Below, piece by piece: positions 54,127-64,000 of a DNA stretch of 64,000 bases; within the stretch, counting starts at the first letter, position 1, and each line of letters opens with the position of its first letter. This stretch comes from Phoronis australis (lineage: Eukaryota; Animalia; Phoronida), in NCBI GenBank assembly GCA_002633005.1, contig NMRA01000027.1, positions 719,265-783,264 on the forward strand. The letters run 5' to 3'. Below the pieces are notes generated by a model. It was not told the DNA's origin. It was given only the letters and a program-made list of their open reading frames with translations, and searched no databases. The translations under genes and the position numbers were made by a program.

Positions 54127-57100
54127 CATAACGCGAAGTTGTCGTGAGGACTCGATTGGGACCTCAGGGGTCTCACGCTCCACCGGCTAAATTGAAAAGG
54201 CTTTGTCCAGTCACGCGTTGTGTGTCATAAATCGAGATAATGATACCAACAGCTGACGCGACAAGCAGAACTACTTTCTTTTACTTCATTTGTGCACTAA
54301 CTGGAGAAATTTAGAATTAGACTTTTAAACACTATCCGATCGTCAACTTTTTTCGGGAGACTTAAATCTCAATGTAGTTTGCGCAAAGACGATGTGCAAT
54401 TTTTGGAGGTGTATTGACGATGATCAACGTTAAAACGGAGAGTAAATAAGTGCGTAATTGATCATCCAATCGGTAGTTTTGCGAGAAAGCGACGACCTTG
54501 CCGAAATTGAATAACGGAAACCCTTGAAAATCATTATAAGCGAGAAAGAGAAAACAAATATTTTCTGACGTTTAGGCTCATTAACTTTGAGTAAACGAAA
54601 CGTCGCAAATATGTTCCGTCTTCTCTTGCGCGCTCAGTGTTATGGCTAAAAATCGAGTTAGGAAACATCTAGACTAAAATCTTGATGGTATCTTATTTTG
54701 CCAGCGACCATACACGGTATAAAAATGAATGAAAAGCTGAATTAGGCAAAACTTGACTTGCTGGAATTCTCGTCAAGGAACGCATAAATATCACCATCAT
54801 CTTCATGTCAAAATTACCAACTAAAACTCGAGGGGGAGGGCACGAACCTTACATCCTGGTACGCGTTTTCGTTAACGAACTTCAAAAAATAGAGCATGGA
54901 GGAGTGTTTGAAAGAGCCAAAATCCATCCAAGTCGAAGTGGCCATAACGGAGCGATATGGAGATTTAAAATGACGTGATTTATCCATTTTTTCAGTTGCT
55001 GTGTACCTAAATGAACTGGCACAGAAAAAATGACTTAGGCCTACAGTACGATTTTCTGAAACGTACCTCAGCGAAATCGTCAAAGAAAAAAGCGCCACTT
55101 GCCACCTAAAACGGACAAAAACAACCAAAGCGCGCAACGCGTCGCTTACCTGAAAAAGTAACTCTTTCACTTGTTGTTTGTGGTTAAACATGTGATGTGT
55201 ACCCATATTTTTGGTCGTGGCACCCTACAACGGGCTACTACTTCAAATGACACGTATATATTGTCGATGTCAAAATTTAACTGCCCCACCGGTTCCCAGG
55301 GTTTCATGTTTTGTAATTTAAAATGATTGCATAAACTTAGGAATAAATGCGAATTACAGGCACTGCGTTCACAAAGAGTAAGAAAACAAAAACCCAGCGG
55401 CATACGATCACCTCGCTTTAACAATGCATTGTGCGCATTCCACATAACTAGTAGGCCACTCTTCAGATTAGTGCTTGGGCAATGAAAATAAGTGTAAGAT
55501 TTCGGAAGAGTGTAATATATATTGTACATGAGAATTTCAAACGTTAACATGACTAGTTGTTCATACTATGGGAAAAGCAATAAGGGACACAGGCACTAGC
55601 GATGATAAACTCTTCAGTATAAATATTACATTTCACAGGATGAGCAAAACATGCACTAAGCACTGTTGAGATAACCTACCGAAATCTTTTTAACTAACAA
55701 TTATAAACTCTGCAATATAAACAATACACTTTATACAATGAACATGTAACAAATATACACACCCAAATAGTGTTACATGCAATCCCTGATGAGATCATCC
55801 ATAAGTATGAATCCCTCCATGTAAACAATAACTCACATGGTGAGCAAAATATTTAAAGTGGGACTTAACTACAACATAGAAACCTTCAAAATTTGTGTCA
55901 TAGCAGTACAAGGTTCTACTACTTGACAAAACACCATAAGTGATATAACTGCTGAGATCACTACCTTCACGAGGAAAAGTTATCAATATAATAATATGAA
56001 ACATGGGTTTGAGCAAAGTACCGGTAGGTGCACAATACTGCTATCCCTGGTGGAACCAGTCACTGAAAACCGCAATAAATTGCACACCTCACAAGATGAC
56101 AATAATATGTATACAAGAATTTGCTTTTCAAGATAACCATGTGGAAATGACAGGGTCATTGCAGAACTTGGTAAAAAATCTGCATTTCAGCCTAAAAAAC
56201 AACCATTTTCAAAACCACACCAGGAGTCACTGAATAAAAATACTAAAAAAGACAGTATGTAATTCATTTCTTGGGATGCAAACAATAACTATCCTAAACT
56301 GAAAAGATCAGTCATCCAAGGCTTGAAGAATATTCAAAATAGATACACTGGTTAAGCAATAAACTAGTAACAACAATAACGGAGACATGTCGCAATAAAT
56401 ACATCCCTAGTTTTATAGGAGTAAAACTAGCATTTCAAGCTCAACAATGCCCATACAACACAAGCAGCTTACACATTTCCATAACCACACAGGCAATACT
56501 GGTGTGGTACATGAATGAGGTGCACACACTATGCATTCATACACATGTGAGTAGGACATTCTCACTGACCACAATGGTCAACAAAGCTGCATGCAGAATA
56601 CTACCCTGCTGGCATCTCAAAGCATTTGATATACATAGAACATTGGAAATGAGTGGAGGGCACACTAATAAATGCTCTGGTGGGGCCCTTAAATCCAGTA
56701 AGGTCATACGCTGTTCAGCAAAAAAAAAACAGCTTTTCAAACAAATTTCCAAACACAGTACAACACTTTCAAACACGATTAAGTGCCAAAAATACCGGAA
56801 TTGATACCTGGGCCCTGTCATTGATCTTTTTACAGGAATTGGAACTCGAAATTACGTTTGGAATTTTGTACTCTACTTTTGTGCGAACTTAAGACAGGTG
56901 GCTATTATCCTATGCTCCTATTAGTGTTAGTTTACAGTTGATAAACCCAAGAAGAATCCAGTACAATAAACTGGTATGTTATGAAATCCATTCTAGTTAC
57001 TTCACGAAAAATAAGCAGAGCTTGGAATGAGCAATAACAAAAACAGCGGAGAAATTTCCAGCTGATGTATGATACACAAAAAATAGGTTTGGGTGATAGA

Positions 57101-59180
57101 CATTTTTGGATGTAAAATTTACCTGAACTAAACATTTAATGAAGTCGAAAAAATCATAAAAAGAGGAAACTGGAAATCCAATCAGAGAAAATCGACACCA
57201 AAAAAGGAATTCCTCTTAAAAGACGGAAATCCCAAGCCCTGATCAAGTCTGTATTCTCCAGGCTTCAACGTGTACATAAATGCAACTGTCAAGCGGTATA
57301 CCTTCTTGAAATTGTCACGGCAAGCTCTCTGAAATGTAAACAGTCACAGTTTTGGTGGTGTGATTTTAAAACTTCTGGTGCTGATGACCTTGTGCACGTG
57401 CAGTAGTGTACCACAGCTTACACTCATGTAGTCAGAAGGTCACATCACTGTTTGGAAGGGCATCATTTTTTAGAGGGATTGTTGAGTGTTGCTCAATGCT
57501 CAGGACTCAGGAGTTTTGGGAAGCAGTTGAACGAATTAGAAACCAACGATGAAAACATTCATGAAAAGAAACCAAACCCCATAAAACGCTTTAATGAGTG
57601 GTTCGAAAAAGAGGAGATAAAAGTACATGTGCACTGTCAAGCAAGAGCTGCATGATAGTAAGAAAAGGTTCAACAAGTGAAATACAGTTTACTCACTGGT
57701 AAATATTAAACTAAGCAATCAGGGTGTAGACTGGACTGGATTATTTTGTAAACAAAAGTCAAGAGTGAACAATAGGGCCAGGTGTGCAGGACTAAGGGTT
57801 AAGCTAGTACTGGTATGCAGAATACAATGGCTTATCAATATATTATGTCATCAAATTCAGTCAACAGAGAGTGCACTATGGCAAGGGGGTTGGGGGGATC
57901 TACAGAAAACAATGAAATGAAACATAAACAAATGTAAAGAAATGAGAACAAGGTAACAAAGACACGGCTGAAGATTGCTGTCTCCACCTCTTATTAATAA
58001 AACTTAAATGGTAATTTAAAACAATGGCTTGACATTATTTCATTTGCGAACACCATTCCAAAAATTCTGGATCTGCCACTGGCATTGAAAATCCCGGAAT
58101 ACCAATTCAATCCGACAACATCGGACTTGTTACAGTAAATCTACTTCACAAAGAACAAACACAACATTGAAGGCACCATGGTATATTCGCTCAGACGTTT
58201 ATCTTTCACTAAGTAACAATGTTTCTCTGACTTTAAATGTGGTAGATGTACATAGTCTGTAATTTCATGAACACAAAATCCCACGCAAACACGGTATACT
58301 TTATCTATACAGCCAACAGCATCATGCGAGCATAAGGGATGACAAAAAAATACTTACGTTTTTCTTCACCAGGTCCAGGTACCGAGCCCGACGTAGTCGA
58401 TCGGCTCAGCCTCTCACGAATCACGGCTCGACGAGCTGGTCAAACTCAGACGGCCATCCAGGAAAACCGACGTGAATTCCCAGCGCTGTCATTTACTCCC
58501 CGCTCAATTGCTTCCTTCCAATGGCCGTTTTCGTCAACTGCCTGCATTTTCTGTCCATCTTCCATTTTGAAACGGCTACTTTTGAATTGAGAGCAAAAAC
58601 AACAACACAGCCATCCTCACGTGTTGGCCGGACTCACTACTCACCACCATGCGCGAGTTAGGTCCTTATAGACATGTTCACCAAAATGAAACTGCTGTTT
58701 TCTTGTTAAAATATAGAGTACGATTTTACTTACATTTTGATAATTTACCATGCAAATAGTTTAAAAATGACAATTATAAGTCGATTTTGACGTCTTCCTT
58801 TGTTGACAGTGAAACCGCATTACCGCGTAGTAATCTTGTGTGACGATTCTCTGAGTGTGCAGGGCTAGCCTGGACTGAAAGTGAAATATCTCGGCCAAAA
58901 CTTCATCGATTTTCGTGGGAGAAAAACGCTTGTTTTCAGAATTTTACGAGGAATTTGTTGATGAATCTTTTACATGTTATTGAAAAAGGCGAAAACACAA
59001 ACGCGCGAGTCATATTTCTTCAGGCAGCCCTTAGCGGCTTCACGGGCAATAAAATGTAATCGACCGAATAGATTCGTCGACCACAGATTTACCCTGTGGT
59101 TTTTCCGCTTGATCCCAGACCGCCCCGAGTTGCTCCAGCATCCATCTCGGGGCGGTCTCTCACGAGGGTTTAGCGTTATG
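54127..59180. mobile_element. 5054-bp insert bounded by inverted repeats CATAACGC...GCGTTATG (unclassified DNA transposon)
   Basis: Breakpoints are defined exactly by comparison with the empty site at ~27951-27970; IR similarity extends to CATAACGC.AA...TCGTGAG. Confidence 0.7.
58358..58565 (-). pseudogene. Decayed first exon encoding a Tudor/chromo-barrel-like domain
   Basis: MEDGQKMQAVDENGHWKEAIERGVNDSAG / (frameshift) VGFPGWPSEFDQLVEP*FVR, then a gtaagt donor; the pattern G.K..A.D..G.W..A ... V.F.GW...FD resembles PHF20/ARID4-type Tudor barrels. Confidence 0.5.
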
Positions 59181-60231
59181 GAAAATTGGCAAAATTGAAA
59201 GAAAAATCAAAATTTCGAGCTAATTATACAAAATAAACATGGGTTTAGCTAAATTTTACGTTATACATTTAGTCTGTGGCCACCGGTAATTCAAAATGTG
59301 CAAAAATCCATGTTGTGTACTGTTTAAATGCTGGCCGAGTGGGGACAGAGCGAAGGGTGTGAGTAGACCGAACTAAATTATCAATTTAGTGGATAGACAA
59401 TCTGAGTGATGTTTGCCGTAAGTCAGCGGGTGGTTATAAGCACCTGTAAGCTGCTAATTCAGCTCAAGTTGTTCATGACTGATCAATAGTCTCCAGCATT
59501 TTTAACCGAAATAGGCCATTTTCTACATATCGAGTAGTGATACTATCTACTTTCTATAGTTTTTCCGGCCATGTTGTATGAACAATTGGCCGAGAAGAGA
59601 GCATATGGTATGCCCACGCGCGCGCACCCAGCCTATAATATAGGGGGGGAGCTCGAATTTTTCATTATGCAGACCTTTTACTGAAAGAAACGAGGACAAA
59701 AAACCGGGGGCCACTAGGTTCAGGCCCACGAATTGTGCGTCCGCCCGACTTCCCGTGGATTTTGTGAACTTGTCTCGTTTACTCGGACTTGTGTTTCACT
59801 GAGGCGGACCTTTTTGTCCAATTCGCCAAATTGGGAGGCTCGTTCGAGTCCCCCGAGCCCTCCCCCCCCTTGTGTGCGCCCATGTGTCCAGTACGTATAA
59901 CGCTGTTCACGAGGATGACAGGACCAAGACTGAGATTTATTTATGTCAATGGCATGAGCATTCTTAAAGGCGAAGGCAACATTTTTCCTGTCATTTTGAG
60001 CTAAAATAAGGTTGGTTGGTTATCCCAGACATATTTTCCACTTAATTACAGCTTTTCGTAATTTTGTTGATTACTCGTCCGCTACACTGGAAGTGACGTT
60101 TTAGGAGGCAAACATTTCGCGCCAATTTCTTTTCATATAGTCTGACTGTGAGAGCTGCCGACTCAGTCATTGTTCTACCTCGGTTGTGTTAAGTTCCGTC
60201 GTCGTTTGCTTTCATTTACTAGTCAGTCAAC

Positions 60232-61020
60232 ATGCCACACTGTTGCTGCGTACTGGGATGTACTATTTATCGTCTCACGTGCGCTTTGGGAGTACCTTTG
60301 CATCGCTTTCCGATGGATGACAAACTTCGCCGTACTTGGCTCGTTCGTGTGAAGAGCGCAGCGTTACCCGTCCACGCAACGTACAAAGCAGTCGAGAATT
60401 ACCGTGTGTGTGGCAAACACTTTCTGTCGTCCGATTACGAAAGGGATTTGTACGCTGAACTGATGAAGGTCCCTGCGAAACAACGCCTGAAGCAGGATGC
60501 CATTCCATCTGTGTTGATTCCAGGCAGTGCCCCGTCGCCACCCCCAAGATGTGCGTATTTGAAGCGAGAAGCCTCGCGAGCTGTGGCCAGTACAGTGACT
60601 GGAGCCAGTGGAGGCACTTCATCTACTGTCACCCGTGCCTCCGAACGTACCCCAGAGCGTGCCATTCCTGGAACCAGTAAGTGATTCGCCCTGTGCTGTT
60701 TTCTCCAGCCCAGAGCCTCTAAGCAGCCCTGCAGCGATATTGAGTAGTGGGAGTGATTACAGGCCCAGTTCGACACCCAGTGAAGAGGACAGTTCGTCGT
60801 CCAGTGAACAGATCGGTGAGCCAAACTTTGATAAGTTTATTGTGGACTTGTCTAAAGTGTTGGAGCTATTTAGAAGGTGCCAGGTGTGTGGCGAGGGAGT
60901 CACACGACACGATGTAAGCAGTTTGGGTGCTCAGGTCACCATCCAGTGGGAGTGTGTCGCGGGACACTCTGGCAAGTGGGACAGTTGTTCCTCTGTCCGT
61001 GGTATGCCGGAGGTCCACTT
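60232..61020 (+). pseudogene. THAP-domain transposase N-terminal fragment (Kolobok-type), DDE core deleted
   Basis: MPHCCCVLGC..LHRFP.D..LRRTW..VCGKHF..SDYERDL..RLKQDAIPS (THAP C2CH and AVP-type box); after a frame change FIVDLSKVLELFRRCQVC..WEC..GH..KW.S. Confidence 0.85.
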
Positions 61021-61326
61021 AACCATGTCCAGTAGTGGCTTGGCCTCGTCGAACTCTGAACAGCACAAGCATTCCATTGAGGTAGGCATAACAACGCACA
61101 CAGTGCATTTGCACCAAGATGTGTCACCACGTCTGTCCTCAGTAGCCGCCTCGTTTCTCTCAACAGCTGCCTGTGCCTGTGCGTACTCTGCCTCGTTATA
61201 CTCGGGCTCAAACATGTACCCACCCACTGAATGTCCGTGAAAAAATTCCTCGTCACCACTGCTGTGAACAAGGTCTCCGTCACTCACACTACTGTCACTG
61301 TGATACGGGTCACCGACTCCAGCCAT
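61015..61326 (-). pseudogene. KolX-like (P2X7 C-terminus-like Cys-rich) accessory protein fragment
   Basis: Acidic N-terminus, GGYMFEPEY, WCKCTVCVVMPTSMECLCCSE. Confidence 0.75.
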
Positions 61327-63163
61327 TTTCAGCTTACAACACACTAAACAATCCCTAAATCCAACGTAGTTGAGTTCTCTACTAACCTATCTTGCCGCAG
61401 AATACTCGCCGATGGAAAGTGGTGGCGACAATTGTTGAAAAACAGCACAAAACAAAAGTAGAATAGAACAGATTCGCACGGGAAAGTCAACGCAAAACCA
61501 AATGGCGGGAAACGCTTGCCTCCTAAAACGTCACTTCCGGAGTAGCGGACGAGTAATTAATAAAATTACGAAAAGCTGTAATTAAGTGGAAAATATGTCT
61601 AGGATAACCAACCAACCTTATTTTAGCTCAAAATGACATGAAAAAAGGTTGCCTTCGCCTTTAAATAACGTTTATACATGTCTGGCCACTGGTCGCAATC
61701 TTGCCCTAGTGAGGTTGTTTTTCATGACTTCGTGACTTTAAGTTTTGGTACTAAATTACTAGGTTCAACCTACCACTTGGTTGACATTAGCGGTCGCAAT
61801 ATGATTTTGACTTAGATAACATCTATGGAAGCGTATAAGTGCCACAACACTCCAAAAACACAACAATTAACATCCTACAAGCCTCACGACATTCTACAAA
61901 CTGCACAACACCCCCACATTTACCACATCACTCCAAAACTCTATACAACATCCCCACAATCACCACAACGCCTCAGAACACTCCGACATAAAAGCATTCT
62001 CCCTGCGTTCAGACAAACGGTTCAGAACGGCTGCCGGATAACATGCGACTCCATTGTTAATTACTACGCAGAGTTTTTGTCACGTATCAAGTGACAACAA
62101 AAGTTAATGAAGCTAAGCATATGCTTTAAAAATTGGCAAACAGGTTTTCGAGTAACAACAATGCCTACGGTCAACAAGCATTTTATTGATATCGCGACTT
62201 GTTCCACAAAGGAGTTACTAAGATACTTGCTACGCCGGTCAGCCGTTTGTCTGCGATCCGGTTGAACAAGTTGGGGTCAACGTTTAAACGCCCCAATATG
62301 TATCTCAAAATGTTTTGCCGAGATTAGAACAACTCGCAGCGAAGATTTTTAGAGTCAACCCACACCCACCTACATGTACAGGCCTACCCTCTCAGCCCCT
62401 CCGTGGTGTAAGAATTCGGAAAGCATGTAATTATTGATTTAGACAGGAAATGCTGCATATACATATACAAATTCACAACGAGTGAACCAGCCAAAAGCTA
62501 TCACAGACTCTTCTCTGCATAAAGGTCCAGAGCCCAATATTCATATTCGGACAAACCGGTTTAGTAGTGGGTTTATTGACTAAAAGTCAAACACAAATGA
62601 ACGCCTGGACGTATATTTCAGTGGTAGTGACTAATGTACGCTCGGATGTATCAAGAAAAATTCCTGGGACATTTTACCCACTACACAGAATATTTCCTAT
62701 GTATAATTGTCCCCAGTGACAGGTAGGAGTTCTTTACTTAAGATTTACTTCAGTTACGGTTTTGTTGACCATTTCCAATGAAACTGGGGAAAGTTTTGGG
62801 TTCTAACCATGCATTTCCCCCTCTTAAAAACACACAAACACTCGCTGAGCGTAAATGCGGAAAAATCCTTATGTGCTCCCACTAGGCTTATCTAAAGATG
62901 GCCCTTTATGCAGAAAACTCCGGTATCCAAATTACACGCCACTCTTGAGTTCGTGACAATAGACTAAGCATGCTTTTTAGATTTCTCAGCGCAATGTTGG
63001 GGGTTCTACAAGAATGAAGCTATCTCGAATAGTTTTGTTCCAAAAATACAACCCTTTTGTAAGGGTTAACCGTCAAACCCGTTCGTAGGTATTCTTGGAT
63101 AGCTGTCTTTTAACATGTTAAGCTTGCAGAAGTGCTCAGAGTATCCCATAGTGGCAACGGTTG

Positions 63164-63305
63164 CAGTGGCGGATTTAAAGGGGGGGGGGGCAAGGGGGCC
63201 ATCTCCCGTATTCCATTTGGCACTTCGGGGTTTCGAATGTTTGGCAAAATCCTGGCTAATACTCTGCCCTGGCCCCCCTATCTCACAACCCTGCGTCCGA
63301 CCCTG
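63164..63305. mobile_element. MITE, same family, inverted
   Basis: Reverse complement of the 12235/43651 element; flanks GGTTG/GGTAG. Confidence 0.75.
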
Positions 63306-64000
63306 GGTAGGTAAGAAAACGTTCGAGAACTGTCTTCGGACTCGTTTATTGACCACAAAATGGGAACGTAAACACGTAGGTAAAAAACCCCGATGAACTG
63401 CAACGGAAAAACCTCAGTTCACTAAACAACGGCACTATGCAATAAAATGACAAAGCAGAATGGGCCAAGCCCATCGTAGGATTCAGAGTTATATTGAAAA
63501 ACCTAGACACAAACAGCAATTCATTACACAGAGGATAGTACCAAATATTCACAACAACCATATACGCTTGCATGAACTACTTACAACATGATAGTTCTTA
63601 AACGAAATATTTGCAGTACAGTTCGATCAAGATAAAAGTTTGCTTACATTATTTGGCTCTCATAACACAACCGCACTCCAGCACTACTCAAACCAGCCTC
63701 GTCCCGAAGCCTCAAGATGGCGCTGATCGGTTGCCCCATTTGAGGCTTGGATGTGGGAAACGATTTCTGGGATATTTTTACGGAAATCTTCGAAATTTCA
63801 AAAACCTTTGTAGATGTCTGTAATAGGAAAAAAATGTATTCTTTGCAGATTTTAAAACTCCGGGAGTGAAACTTGTTGTATCAATAGGTAGGGAATTTTA
63901 CCAGACTGATAATGCACTTTTTTGTAGGAAGTGATGGTGAATAATCACCCATCTCAGTGCCATGTTTGTATACGCCTTCCATGGATTATCCCTCCGTAAA

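Larger units (their letters stand above)
53297..59323 (+). mobile_element. Kolobok-type element (THAP and KolX remnants) containing a 5-kb nested insert
   Basis: TTAA TSD (53293-53296, 59324-59327); TIRs AGTGTACACAACATG / ACAGTACACAACATG; THAP remnant CVSGGCSN../PKD.KVAQKW.RFVRRTR..LCSAHFEDSCF on +; convergent acidic KolX-like fragment on - (~53813-54066). Confidence 0.85.
59968..61660 (+). mobile_element. Internally deleted Kolobok DNA transposon
   Basis: TTAA TSD; ~145-bp TIRs starting AGGCGAAGGCAAC; THAP-transposase 5' part on + fused at ~61015 to a convergent KolX-like 5' part on -. Confidence 0.9.

Noticed and set aside
27819-59323. One giant 31-kb element bounded by long inverted repeats
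   Set aside because: Each repeat has its own TIRs and TTAA TSDs; these are two independent copies in opposite orientation.

Overview
Eukaryotic (animal, probably marine invertebrate/mollusc-like) genomic DNA with GT-AG introns, dense repeats and one 446-nt N gap. Three spliced genes could be reconstructed by hand: a small 105-aa two-TM protein gene (251-1195, +, weakly TMEM230/TMEM134-like), a SOUL/heme-binding protein 2 gene (10546-13089, +, 4 exons, 197 aa) and a convergent TRAF3-like gene (16851-26505, -, 9 exons, 566 aa). The right ~37 kb holds mostly decayed transposons: several TTAA-flanked Kolobok-type elements with convergent THAP and KolX-like remnants, a HERO-type RLE LINE, a solo LTR, Gypsy gag and LINE fragments, Helentron-like repeats and MITEs. 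The two most notable items are (1) a complete 539-bp TRIM whose two LTRs each carry a tRNA-derived Pol III promoter (tRNA-Ser PBS, PPT, 4-bp TSD), 15 nt from a TRAF3 splice donor, and (2) a 5-kb TIR-bounded insert with no clear TSD that carries a decayed Tudor/chromo-barrel exon, nested in a Kolobok element whose empty-site version is also present in this window. All calls come from reading the sequence by eye; no searches were run.
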